From IMG/VR virus record IMGVR_UViG_3300033064_003894, positions 75,838 through 139,837 of that record: a DNA stretch of 64,000 nt. The stretch is one strand, 5' to 3'. The notes under the pieces were generated by a model that did no database searches, was not told the origin of the DNA, and worked only from the letters and a program-made list of their open reading frames with translations. Within the stretch, counting starts at the first letter, position 1. Each line of letters opens with the position of its first letter. Position numbers and translations under genes: made by a program. Source of the DNA: a virus. This document shows positions 19,583 to 28,626 of the stretch, piece by piece.

Positions 19583-20964
19583 TGTGCGGATATTTTTCTT
19601 ATGTCTTCAAAAGACTGATCTACAAGAAGCCTTCCGTTTTGGTAAACAGTAACAAGCTGTGCGTCCATGTCAGGGATGCCTTCTCTTCCGGTTTGGTATT
19701 TTCCTTGAACTTTGTAAAGCTCAAGACGTCCCTTTTTCGAGTTCTTGCTCTGGTCACTATGTGGGCGCTTGAAGACGTCGAAACCTTTACCATCACGCTC
19801 AGTGTAGCTTGCCTTAAAGGCGAACCTTTGAGTGTCACGATCAACCTTTTGAAGAAGTCCACCACCCATCCCAAATGACCAGTTCTCAATAGCAAACCCT
19901 TTAAGCGTCATCTCTCTAATGAACTCACGTATGCTATCGAAATTCATTCCATCTCCTTGAATAATCCTTATGTAAGGAGGAAGCACTTTATGGCCCGTTG
20001 GGTTTTTTGTGTACCCAAACTTATTCATGAGAGCTTCTACGATAAAGGTGTTCACTTCAGTGATATGTCCGCTGTCAGGTCTAATTACAACACGACCGTC
20101 TCTAGCTTTCACTTGCTCAGCGAGCTCACCACACCAGAAGTCAGAAACAGCTTTCTTGATGTCCCACGAGTCAGAGACTATAGAGACAATACCTTTCGGG
20201 TAAACATTTAGCATGTTCTTGAAGGCCTCAAGCTCTCCGTGCTCACCCCAAGAGGTCATGGTCGAGTGTTCAGACGCTGGAACGCTGTATCCAGCTACCT
20301 GCTCTCCGTAGTAATCTTTTAGAAGCTTTAAGGCCGGAAGATTGTCAGTTCCACGAAAGTTCACTAAGTGAGAAGCTCCTCCAATCCCTGCGGCTTCCAT
20401 CGTAGTAGCGCCACGACATCCAAAGTCATGAAGCATAAACATTAGAGTATCCTCTATGTTTACGCACCCAGTCGACTTCAATGCATCTCTAAGGATCTTT
20501 TTGATGTAGTACGACTGCGTTCCGACGGTAGAACTGTACCACGACTGCACCAGGAGAGTTTCCAGGAAGCTGGTAAGCCAGAAGCACTTAGGATCGGTAT
20601 TCTCTACCGTCATAAGAACGTTGCTCTGTGGGATCACTGAGCCCTCTGGTACGGCCATTATTCTTACTGGAAGTTGTCCACCATGGTTTTTCAATATATG
20701 CTTCCAGCCTTTAATATTAAAATGTGAATCATCTCCGAAATGTCCCTTAGACATATCAGAAGCTTCTTGTATTTCAACTTCTGTTACTACTTGCCCAAGC
20801 ATGTAACGTTTTAGAATATACTGTAGTCCAAAGAAAAGAGTGTTTGGGAACTTAGCTCCTTGCCTTGATTCGAAATAAGAGTAAATCTTTGTAGTACCAT
20901 GAGGGTATTGTTTGTCGTGAGTAAGCTTATAGCTGTCACTAAACAGTATGATGTTGTCTTTCAT
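19579..20964 (-). CDS. nadV: Nicotinamide phosphoribosyltransferase
   Basis: SDSYKLTH..QYP, LHDFGCRG, SVPASEHS, VSDSWD, IRPDSG, IIQGDG, FGMGGGLLQ. Confidence 0.95.
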   Translation of the reverse strand: MKDNIILFSDSYKLTHDKQYPHGTTKIYSYFESRQGAKFPNTLFFGLQYILKRYMLGQVVTEVEIQEASDMSKGHFGDDSHFNIKGWKHILKNHGGQLPVRIMAVPEGSVIPQSNVLMTVENTDPKCFWLTSFLETLLVQSWYSSTVGTQSYYIKKILRDALKSTGCVNIEDTLMFMLHDFGCRGATTMEAAGIGGASHLVNFRGTDNLPALKLLKDYYGEQVAGYSVPASEHSTMTSWGEHGELEAFKNMLNVYPKGIVSIVSDSWDIKKAVSDFWCGELAEQVKARDGRVVIRPDSGHITEVNTFIVEALMNKFGYTKNPTGHKVLPPYIRIIQGDGMNFDSIREFIREMTLKGFAIENWSFGMGGGLLQKVDRDTQRFAFKASYTERDGKGFDVFKRPHSDQSKNSKKGRLELYKVQGKYQTGREGIPDMDAQLVTVYQNGRLLVDQSFEDIRKISAQ

Positions 20965-20969
20965 CGAAC

Positions 20970-21887
20970 TTATTGGCGTATGATTGAATTAAGCACAAGC
21001 TTAACTATTGGTTTATGCTGGTCTATAATCAAATTATCTAAATCCTCAAGCTTAAATAGTCCAGCATCGCAAATATCGTCATCGGCATACGGCTTTCCAA
21101 AAGAAAAATCAAATACAAAAACTGAAGACATTATTTTATCTTCCTCTTTCCTGTATCTCCAGTCTGTAGTTAAAAAGCTTCCAACATATCTTCCTGGAGG
21201 ATGCACACCAATCCCTTTAACCTCTTCGCTTAGTTCTCTTGCGGCAGCGGATTCAAGGCTTTTATCTGTAGGAGAAACGAATCCTCCCGGAAACCTCCAT
21301 TTATCTTTAGGGTCTGTGTGTTTTTTGCAAAGAACAATGCTGTTATTATTCACATCAATTACTGCACAATCTACAGCTTGATACGCAACAGCATATCTTT
21401 GGAAAGAAGAATAAATAACGCCGCGTCTAAATTCAGAAGAAGATCTTACTTCATTAGAAACAAAATCTCTCATTTCTGTTCCAGAAATCTTGTAAGAATC
21501 CTCTAGCTCAACAACAGTGTGTTTCCCTTTGTAATGAGAAATGAAGCTATCCCTTGAACCGTATAGAGTGACAGAAAGGTTCCCGCCAACTATTTCTCTA
21601 ATCTTATTGTCAAGCTGATTGCTCCAGTCTTCATCAGATGGCATATCGATAACGTGTGAAACATAAATGTTTGGATATTCATAAATAAGCATTTGCTGAC
21701 GAGTTAGAAAATCTAGTGGATTTTGTCTTGTACCAAAAATATCAGGTGCTGACCCAATAAAAATAACTACCTTTCTATGTCTTACAAGGGCAGAGTCAAT
21801 GATTTCTTTATGTCCGTCATGTAGTTCATGTACTTGAAATCTTCCAATAATCACCCCTACGTCAGTTTTTGGAATTTTGACTTTCAT
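20970..21887 (-). CDS. nadM: Bifunctional NMN adenylyltransferase / Nudix hydrolase
   Basis: GRFQ..LHDGH, NPL, SGT, Nudix box GGFV...ESAAARELSEE. Confidence 0.9.
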   Translation of the reverse strand: MKVKIPKTDVGVIIGRFQVHELHDGHKEIIDSALVRHRKVVIFIGSAPDIFGTRQNPLDFLTRQQMLIYEYPNIYVSHVIDMPSDEDWSNQLDNKIREIVGGNLSVTLYGSRDSFISHYKGKHTVVELEDSYKISGTEMRDFVSNEVRSSSEFRRGVIYSSFQRYAVAYQAVDCAVIDVNNNSIVLCKKHTDPKDKWRFPGGFVSPTDKSLESAAARELSEEVKGIGVHPPGRYVGSFLTTDWRYRKEEDKIMSSVFVFDFSFGKPYADDDICDAGLFKLEDLDNLIIDQHKPIVKLVLNSIIRQ

Positions 21888-21889
21888 GA

Positions 21890-22159
21890 TTATCTATTTT
21901 TAATTAGTTTAGCAATCAAGATTGGCCAAAATATGACTAATATGATTTCTTTTCTCATTCCAGACTCATATATTCTCTCTTCTTCTCCTTCATCATTAAT
22001 AACTTTCTTTGTTACTCTGGAGTCCACATCAAATAAGAAATTGAGACTTACATTAAAAATCATTCCTAGTGCAATATAAACAATCAAAATCAGAAGTAGG
22101 GTTGCCATTTTGTATGGGTTGGTATTGGTTGGTATTGGCACACGGTTAAGTACGCCCAA
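21890..22159 (-). CDS. Small membrane protein
   Basis: Two hydrophobic segments, IFWP. Confidence 0.5.
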   Translation of the reverse strand: MGVLNRVPIPTNTNPYKMATLLLILIVYIALGMIFNVSLNFLFDVDSRVTKKVINDEGEEERIYESGMRKEIILVIFWPILIAKLIKNR

Positions 22160-22162
22160 TGC

Positions 22163-22789
22163 TCAGACAGACCGAATAATCTCTTCAGCGTATTTGGTCT
22201 TAATTGCCAGCTTGCTTTTCTCTACCCACATATGCTCAATTTCCTCGTATTCCACCAAGAACCAGTTGGTACCAATGTAACTAAGGTAAAGACGGTCTCT
22301 GTTGAGTGCGTAAGAAGTTACTGGATCCTTCTCAGGCTTTTTACGATTCTTGCATCGAAGGTTGCCGTAGTAGTCGATATCGGGACATTCAAGAAGAATG
22401 CCTTCTTCGTCCGTGTAGAAGCTAGATCGGTAAAAAGCCCTTTTACCATTAATAATACGGTAGTTCACGTATCTCTTAACGTGCTCCCTAAGATGAAAGC
22501 CACGAATGCTTCGGTTGCTGCAGGATTCGCAAATTTCCTTCCAAACATCATCCCACTTCCTTCCACAGTTATTTTCCAAGAACCTGTAAAGAGGCGTGAG
22601 TCTGTCTGCCATACCTTTTTTGGAACTCAAGCCGCATGAGTAAGGAAAACGCATGCCTTCTTTGGTGAAGTTGAATGCATCTTCGTCGTAATCCACAGAA
22701 CGAATTTTCTTTCTGCGAACCATTTTGTACCCGCCGTATCCGTAGACGCGGCCAGTATCGATGATCACGTGTTTCATGTCTTGTCTCAT
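22163..22789 (-). CDS. Hypothetical protein
   Basis: GAGG Shine-Dalgarno; 208-aa ORF. Confidence 0.55.
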   Translation of the reverse strand: MRQDMKHVIIDTGRVYGYGGYKMVRRKKIRSVDYDEDAFNFTKEGMRFPYSCGLSSKKGMADRLTPLYRFLENNCGRKWDDVWKEICESCSNRSIRGFHLREHVKRYVNYRIINGKRAFYRSSFYTDEEGILLECPDIDYYGNLRCKNRKKPEKDPVTSYALNRDRLYLSYIGTNWFLVEYEEIEHMWVEKSKLAIKTKYAEEIIRSV

Positions 22790-22958
22790 GTTACCTCAAA
22801 TTACTGTAATCATGTGTACCTCCTTTGTTTGAGTTAATGGAAAGCGGGACGGATTTTGTTCCAGGCTCCGTCCCTATTTTACCTTCTTCTTGACCAGCAC
22901 TAAAATTGACTGAGAGATTGGTGGGGGAGGTGGGACTTGAACCCACGACCAACGAATT

Positions 22959-23408
22959 CACATTTGTGTTGGTTTCCCAACTCTGTGGACTATTTCACAC
23001 CCGTCGACTTTACGTTACGGGCCGGGTTGTTATTTCCGGTAATTAAGAAGACTGTACTTCTCCGGTAGTCTCTGAACCTTCAAGCGGTGTACCGCAAGAT
23101 TGGCTGCAGATTGCCATTTCCGATAAGTTATAAGAAGTCATCCATTTTTTTATGGCTGCATGACTTACTCCAAACATTTTCCCAACTTTGTTGAACGAGT
23201 TTTCATTAAGAAGATTTGTAAGTTCCTCTCTTGATGGACGATCAACTTTTCTGGAATGTATCCTGTAGCACTGAACGGAGCAGAACTCTCTCTGTCTTCG
23301 CTGCAATGTAGACCCACAGTGACACCTTTCTGTTACCTTATCGACTTTAGGTTTCCTGCAATTAAACCCGATCCCAACGGATCTTTCGAGTCCATTGGCA
23401 CCTAGCTG
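22959..23408 (-). mobile_element. Group I self-splicing intron (IC3-like)
   Basis: 5' exon ends in U, intron ends in G; IGS GTG; P AATTGCAGGAAAC, Q AATCTGCAGC, R GTTCAGAGACTA, S AAATAGTCC. Confidence 0.9.
23043..23360 (-). pseudogene. Homing endonuclease remnant inside the intron (Zn finger + HTH only)
   Basis: CHC...FCSVQC, VGKMFGVSHAAIKKW; frame reads into the intron core (EGSET); no nuclease domain and no ATG upstream of the Zn finger/HTH. Confidence 0.6.
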
Positions 23409-23570
23409 ATGAGTTCGCTGCTCTAAACCAACTGAGCTACACCCCCATTTTTATTTAAGGGAATGGCACGGGGTTTATCCGTAATTATTAGCCTACTTGG
23501 TTTGATTTTTCTAGAATATTACAAACGGTTCGCTATCTAACTGATTATCTAGTAATCACGCATTCTTTTT

Positions 23571-23648
23571 TGGTACTCACATGTGGATTTGAACCACAGA
23601 CATCCACCTTATCAGGATGGCGCTCTTACCGGGCTGAGCTATGTGAGT
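23571..23648 (-). tRNA. tRNA-Ile(GAU)
   Basis: CCATC-CTGATAA-GGTGG, ACCA. Confidence 0.9.
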
Positions 23649-23659
23649 TTGTTTTAAAA

Positions 23660-23770
23660 TCTTGCTATAGGATCTCTACAAGTGTCACAACATCCCCTCA
23701 CCGACCCAGTTCCGGAACTAATCGTTTAGTTGGGTATGATTCTATTACCTGAGTCTCCTCTATAGCAAGA
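23660..23770 (-). ncRNA. Candidate structured ncRNA
   Basis: Perfect 11-bp terminal inverted repeat TCTTGCTATAG/CTATAGCAAGA, internal stems, upstream TATAAT palindrome. Confidence 0.4.
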
Positions 23771-23805
23771 CTGCTCTGGAGCTGTATTATAATACAGCAA
23801 TTGAT

Positions 23806-23881
23806 TGGTACCCTCTGCGGGAATTGAACCCAGCATCAGCTCCTTGAAAGGGAGCTATCCTGACCGTTAGAAGAAGAGGGC
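23806..23881 (-). tRNA. tRNA-Glu(UUC)
   Basis: GCTCC-CTTTCAA-GGAGC, CCA. Confidence 0.9.
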
Positions 23882-23885
23882 ATTG

Positions 23886-23959
23886 CGTCCCCAGCATGAG
23901 TCGAACATGCGACCTACGATTTAGGAAACCGTCGCTCTATCCAACTGAGCTATGAGGAC
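23886..23959 (-). tRNA. tRNA-Arg(CCU), no encoded CCA
   Basis: ACGGT-TTCCTAA-ATCGT. Confidence 0.88.
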
Positions 23960-23969
23960 ATTTAATTAG

Positions 23970-24042
23970 TGAGACCAGCAGGGATCGAACCTGCGACATT
24001 CTGGTTAAGAGCCAGATACTCTACCAACTGAGTTATGGTCCC
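23970..24042 (-). tRNA. tRNA-Lys(CUU), no encoded CCA
   Basis: TCTGG-CTCTTAA-CCAGA. Confidence 0.9.
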
Positions 24043-24044
24043 TG

Positions 24045-24118
24045 TACTATCGGCTGGACTCGAACCAGCAACCTTTCGCATATGAAACGAATGCTCTATC
24101 CGGTTGAGCTACGATAGC
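24045..24118 (-). tRNA. tRNA-Met(CAU), no encoded CCA
   Basis: TTCGT-TTCATAT-GCGAA. Confidence 0.85.
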
Positions 24119-24181
24119 GTACTGTTAAAACTAACAGAAATGTAGTTGAGGAGGAGGCAGTTTAATGCCTCCCCCTATCAA

Positions 24182-24436
24182 CTAGGCGTATCCATGTTCC
24201 TTCATGGAAGCAAGTACGCCTTCTAGCGATTCGTCAATCATTTCGATCATCTCTTCAATGTCTTGATTGCAAAGATCAGAGTAAAGAACCCAAAGCGCTG
24301 AACCCTTAAGGTTGCTATCATGCAAAGTCTCAATCAGATCTTCTCTTTCGTGCCTTAAAAGTTGTGCTATTACTGTTATTGCACCAGGGTTACCAAGAGA
24401 GATGTCATAGAGCTCATTTTCCGAGTATCCACTCAC
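24182..24436 (-). CDS. Hypothetical protein (GNPGA motif)
   Basis: GNPGAITV...LWVLYSDLC; GTGA overlap with the upstream gene. Confidence 0.55.
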   Translation of the reverse strand: MSGYSENELYDISLGNPGAITVIAQLLRHEREDLIETLHDSNLKGSALWVLYSDLCNQDIEEMIEMIDESLEGVLASMKEHGYA

Positions 24437-25212
24437 TGAGGCCCGAATCGCTCGATTCCAATACCGGCGTTGTAATCTACAGACTGTATTGAGTAGCTAT
24501 CTACGTACGATTGGCTCAAGAACGTAACCCCTGTTGGATCCCAAGTAACATTCTCTCCTCGTGCCCTAGCAATGCTGGTGAGTTGTGCGTATACGACATT
24601 ACGTGATGATCCTATCATGATTCTAACACGGTACTCATTATCCATTACGCTAATCTTAATGAAGTCACGTCCGCCTCCAGCAGCGACTCCTGACGGTTCA
24701 TCAGTAAGGTAGAATCGAATTCCACAGTTGTATGGTGCCATGCTTGGTGCAGACATGAACGATACAGAAGAAGGATCTTCATTAATTAAAGAACCGTGCT
24801 CAGAGATTTTAGTGTCTTCGCATGAAGTGTCATACGTTATATCCATTCGAATCTTCCAGATGTTTGAATCGTATGCCTGGAATGTGGCAGTTCGACCGAA
24901 GGCGTTTCCTTTGATTTTTCCTTTGAGCTCTGCCTTGCTCTCGACGTAAGCGTTCACTAGAATAACGTTCTGCTCAGCCTTCCAAGCACCATCTTTTCCT
25001 TCAGGAACAATAACGATGATTGAATCACCGCCAAGAGTCTGTTTGTCTTTTGTTACGGCAGACCACGTGATCTTGTACGTGCCAGCCTTTTTCGGATCTC
25101 CATGTATGGCGGTAGTTGCTCCACCCAACGTTTTGTCTTTTTCTTGTGCTGTCGCCTGAGACGAGAACATCGTCGCGGCAAAGGTAAGAAGTAAGAAGTA
25201 GTACTTTTTCAT
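24433..25212 (-). CDS. Secreted protein with Sec signal peptide
   Basis: MKKYYFLLLTFAATMFSSQATA|Q. Confidence 0.6.
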   Translation of the reverse strand: MKKYYFLLLTFAATMFSSQATAQEKDKTLGGATTAIHGDPKKAGTYKITWSAVTKDKQTLGGDSIIVIVPEGKDGAWKAEQNVILVNAYVESKAELKGKIKGNAFGRTATFQAYDSNIWKIRMDITYDTSCEDTKISEHGSLINEDPSSVSFMSAPSMAPYNCGIRFYLTDEPSGVAAGGGRDFIKISVMDNEYRVRIMIGSSRNVVYAQLTSIARARGENVTWDPTGVTFLSQSYVDSYSIQSVDYNAGIGIERFGPQ

Positions 25213-25271
25213 GTGGTTTCCCTATGGTTACGTAAAGCGAAATGCCTTACGTGTTCATCTAAAAGATGAAG

Positions 25272-25348
25272 TGGCTCCACGGATCGGACTCGAACCGACG
25301 ACCATCTGATTAACAGTCAGACGCTCTGACCAACTGAGCTACCGTGGA
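25272..25348 (-). tRNA. tRNA-Asn(GUU)
   Basis: TCTGA-CTGTTAA-TCAGA, GCCA. Confidence 0.92.
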
Positions 25349-25393
25349 AATTCCATCTACGTATTTATTCCATAAAAATCATAAAAATATAAT

Positions 25394-25470
25394 TGGTAGG
25401 CGTTGAGGGACTCGAACCCACGACATCCTCCATGTAAAGGAGGTACTCTAACCGACTGAGCTAAACGCCT
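25394..25470 (-). tRNA. tRNA-Val(UAC)
   Basis: CCTCC-TTTACAT-GGAGG, ACCA. Confidence 0.9.
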
Positions 25471-25500
25471 AATGTTATTTCTTTTTTTTACTTTCTTTTT

Positions 25501-25923
25501 TTATTTATTAGTCGAATTTATCATTTCCATTACACTGAAACTTCCATGTCTTGTTATTTTGTCTTCCGGAACTCTATGATAACTACCGACATATAGAGAA
25601 TATGATGCGGAAGAGTTACAAGAAGAATAGAAATACTTACCAAGGCAGTCTTTCTTTTGATCTATTCTGCGCTGCATTTGGTTAGGAAGTATAATACAAA
25701 AAGAGCTAAATTGCTCTAAGTTTTTCCTTATAAATATCTCTGGACTGTATGTACAACAAAATCCATCAAACTCGACACCTTCAACGTCAACAGGCTCAGT
25801 TCCTAATGTAAATACCTTGACTGAACTGCTCCTGCACGAAGACAAGTCTTTAATGAACTTATTTTCGACAGACACTAAAGGAGTGAAGAGTACAAACGAA
25901 TGTATAACTATAGCTGTCTTCAT
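25501..25923 (-). CDS. Hypothetical protein
   Basis: 140-aa ORF with GGTATAAG 5 nt upstream. Confidence 0.5.
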   Translation of the reverse strand: MKTAIVIHSFVLFTPLVSVENKFIKDLSSCRSSSVKVFTLGTEPVDVEGVEFDGFCCTYSPEIFIRKNLEQFSSFCIILPNQMQRRIDQKKDCLGKYFYSSCNSSASYSLYVGSYHRVPEDKITRHGSFSVMEMINSTNK

Positions 25924-25946
25924 ATGGTCTTATACCAAGCATTCAG

Positions 25947-27332
25947 TTAGTTTTCAAAGCCGACAAAAGACGGTTGCCAGAAATTCCCCTTATCTTTGAA
26001 TGCTTTAACTGCGGACAAGTAGGCTGATTTGCCTATATATTTATTCTTATTTTTAAAGATTTCTTCTCTTTGAGATCTTGAGAATCCAGTACCAACACGA
26101 CCGATGACCTCTCCATCTGGAGACAAAGAGTATTCTAAAGATCCCATACTTCCTTTTGGTTTCCCATGCTTATCGATCTCCTCAATAATACCCCTAACAT
26201 ACACAGGGTACTCATCTCTAAACTTAAGCTTCATAGGAGTCTTCTTTCCTTCCTCATGCACTATAATGCCCTCATGAGTTTGCCCATGTTGTTTATTTTT
26301 AATAGAAGAGTACAGAGCCCTCTTTTGCTCTTCTGTGTATGCGAATTCAGGAAGCTCTAATTGTGGCATTTTCTTCACTAGATCTTGAAGTATCGCAATC
26401 CTTCCCTTAAAGCTAGAGGCTAATGCTCCGCCGTCCATATTATAAACATCAAATGGAGACATCTTTAGTGATCCAAGTTCTTGCTGCTTAGACCGGCTCT
26501 TCATTACGCTGGAGTTTAGAATCCCGCCTATTTGATGTAGCTCTAGCGGAGCACCTTTTTTGTCTTTACCCCAAATCTCTCCACGTACGATCATCTTCTT
26601 TACATCTTTAGGTACCTTAGTCCTATAAAGATCTTCAAGCTTATGTGTATGTTCAATCAGTCCAGACTTAGCCCTTGCAGGATCTCTATATGAGAAAAGC
26701 CTTGGATGCTTACCAGGGTCAAGCACCATTAAATTGTGCGCGCCGTCAATTTTAGAAGAAAAAATCTGCCTTGGATTGTTAAATTCAACATCATCTATAA
26801 GTTTATATTTTGGCTTTACATTAGAAATATTATATTTATCTTTAGTTGGAGTAATGTTTTTCAGGTACCACCCCTTATCATATCTCTTATCTTTTACTAG
26901 TATGAATTCTTCTGGGTACTTTTCATTATAAAGATTGAATCGTATATGGTTATCACCTGATCTTAAAATCTCAACATCAGAATCTATGACCTTCTTAATC
27001 TTTTCTCCGTCCCTTGTCTTTCCGTAAGTTGACCGTATTTCTCCTTCATAATTCATATATTCTTTTGTATGCGTTGGTTGCCTGAATACAATAATTCCAG
27101 GATCTCCAGGCTTCGGCATTTCTTTTTTAGTTGCCCAGCTGTGAGCAACGCCTGTATCAGGGTCTAACAGTCTAAGATCATAGTGGTCTCCAGCTCTTTT
27201 GGCTGGGTGTTTTTGTAATACAAACCGTGACATTTTAGGTATATCTGTCACGGAGACAGGGTCAAAATTTTTCCTGTCAGGAAGACCAGGAATGTCAGCA
27301 TACTTAAACAAGTAGTCACCAAGCCTTGACAC
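25947..27332 (-). CDS. ATP-dependent DNA ligase with N-terminal LigD-type 3'-phosphoesterase domain
   Basis: FVLQKH.A..HYDLRL..SWA..H..EY (PE domain); KIDG, RGEI, PFDV, EGII, KLK, VGTGFS (ligase). Confidence 0.85.
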   Translation of the reverse strand: MSRLGDYLFKYADIPGLPDRKNFDPVSVTDIPKMSRFVLQKHPAKRAGDHYDLRLLDPDTGVAHSWATKKEMPKPGDPGIIVFRQPTHTKEYMNYEGEIRSTYGKTRDGEKIKKVIDSDVEILRSGDNHIRFNLYNEKYPEEFILVKDKRYDKGWYLKNITPTKDKYNISNVKPKYKLIDDVEFNNPRQIFSSKIDGAHNLMVLDPGKHPRLFSYRDPARAKSGLIEHTHKLEDLYRTKVPKDVKKMIVRGEIWGKDKKGAPLELHQIGGILNSSVMKSRSKQQELGSLKMSPFDVYNMDGGALASSFKGRIAILQDLVKKMPQLELPEFAYTEEQKRALYSSIKNKQHGQTHEGIIVHEEGKKTPMKLKFRDEYPVYVRGIIEEIDKHGKPKGSMGSLEYSLSPDGEVIGRVGTGFSRSQREEIFKNKNKYIGKSAYLSAVKAFKDKGNFWQPSFVGFEN

Positions 27333-27368
27333 TTATGCATTTTATCATAAAAACCATAAAAAAATAAT

Positions 27369-27728
27369 CTACAAGGAGGATATGACTAATGCAGTACAAT
27401 CGCTTACATGCTCATATCCAGAGATTCCTCCTTCTTCAACTATTAAGATAAACGAATTATCGGAAGCAATCTTTTTCAACGCCTTTTTATATGATTCAGT
27501 GGCTTCTTTCATAAGCTGCTGCCATCTAGCTGTCCCCTCGACAATACCTTCTTTCTTTATAGTTTTATATGCTGGTATTTCTTCATAGATATCCTTAGAT
27601 CTTATTGTGCCAACCTTATGGGCTTTACTTGCATCAAATGAGGAGGCGTCTCCATATCTAATTTCAGCGCGATCTAAGGTTACTCCGTCTTGTGGAGAAA
27701 TTAAGGCAAGTAGTAGTATAGGTATCAT
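27369..27728 (-). CDS. Small secreted protein, weakly OmpH/Skp-like
   Basis: Hydrophobic N-terminus; VGTI...IYEEIPAYK...ALKKIA...ILIV. Confidence 0.4.
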   Translation of the reverse strand: MIPILLLALISPQDGVTLDRAEIRYGDASSFDASKAHKVGTIRSKDIYEEIPAYKTIKKEGIVEGTARWQQLMKEATESYKKALKKIASDNSFILIVEEGGISGYEHVSDCTALVISSL

Positions 27729-27741
27729 CTTGTATTATTAA

Positions 27742-27817
27742 TGGTGGAGACGATGGGACTCAAACCCATAACTTCTACCTTGCAAAGATAGCACTCTATC
27801 AATTGAGTTACGTCCCC
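27742..27817 (-). tRNA. tRNA-Ala(UGC)
   Basis: TT-TGC-AA loop, G3:U70, ACCA. Confidence 0.9.
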
Positions 27818-27820
27818 AAG

Positions 27821-27898
27821 TGGTCTCCGCAGCAGGATTCGAACCTGCGGTCCTCTGCTACCCAAGAGCAGCGCTCTACCATGCTGAGCTATGCGGAG
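27821..27898 (-). tRNA. tRNA-Pro(UGG)
   Basis: CTGCT-CTTGGGT-AGCAG, ACCA. Confidence 0.9.
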
Positions 27899-27905
27899 AT
27901 TAAAG

Positions 27906-27981
27906 TGGAGTGGCCGAAGAGACTCGAACTCTCGACATTCTCCTTGGAAGGGAGAAGCTCTACCAACTGAGCTACGGCCAC
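27906..27981 (-). tRNA. tRNA-Gly(UCC)
   Basis: TCTCC-CTTCCAA-GGAGA, TCCA; TGCTATAAT 6 nt upstream. Confidence 0.92.
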
Positions 27982-28001
27982 ATTGCAATTATAGCATAAA
28001 C

Positions 28002-28616
28002 TTATTTATCATACTTCTTTTTTAATCTTTCTAGCGTTTCAAGATCTCTATTTCTAGCTCGCTCTTTTGCTAATTTAGAGCTCTTTTTATTATTCTCTAT
28101 TTTCTTTCTGTTTGACTCTAATCGTTTCTCGAAATCTTCGTCCGATTCTTCCACTACTCCGCAGATAGTAACTACGGATTTAAAGGTCAAAAAGTCGTTT
28201 TCTTCATAATATTTGTTCCGCTCTAAGCTAGATCTAATAGTTATAGTCGGAGTTATACCCTCTTTCTCTAACATCTCGATAGTCTGTTTGAGTATTATTT
28301 TAACATTATCTTTTGTAGAGGAAGAGTAATATCTTGACAATAAAGTTAATGAAGTGACTTCCATAGTCGAACAAAACGCTTCTTTTAAAAAACGACTAAA
28401 GGGTTTTTCGTTTATCAATAAATCCTTGCTTATCTCGACATCTTCTCCTTTAAATTCCTCATCAAGACGTGAATCTAGTATAGTATATACTGAAAAATAT
28501 CTGACACGTCCCTTAGAATCAGTAGTTGAATCATCAATCCTTCTACTTAGATAGTGTCTAAATTTTTTATTAAGCTCTTTACTGTCTTGCTTTTCCATTG
28601 GTCCTCTCTGTTGCAT
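28002..28616 (-). CDS. Hypothetical protein
   Basis: 204-aa ORF with a charged C-terminal helix. Confidence 0.55.
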   Translation of the reverse strand: MQQRGPMEKQDSKELNKKFRHYLSRRIDDSTTDSKGRVRYFSVYTILDSRLDEEFKGEDVEISKDLLINEKPFSRFLKEAFCSTMEVTSLTLLSRYYSSSTKDNVKIILKQTIEMLEKEGITPTITIRSSLERNKYYEENDFLTFKSVVTICGVVEESDEDFEKRLESNRKKIENNKKSSKLAKERARNRDLETLERLKKKYDK

Positions 28617-28626
28617 AATGGTTACA

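Larger units (their letters stand above)
22919..23446 (-). tRNA. Intron-containing tRNA with CAU anticodon (Ile2 or elongator Met)
   Basis: Exon 1 23446-23409 GGGGGTG...GCGAACTCAT; exon 2 22958-22919 AATTCGT...CCCCCACCA; the joined anticodon arm is GCGAA-CTCATAA-TTCGT. Confidence 0.9.

Noticed and set aside
23457-23568. Second spacer with weak terminal complementarity (GAATG/CATTC)
   Set aside because: Pairing too short to support an ncRNA call
15758-27988. ORFs 15758..15973, 23570..23752, 27725..27988 and the 5' extension 16689..16724
   Set aside because: They overlap tRNA genes and are spurious translations
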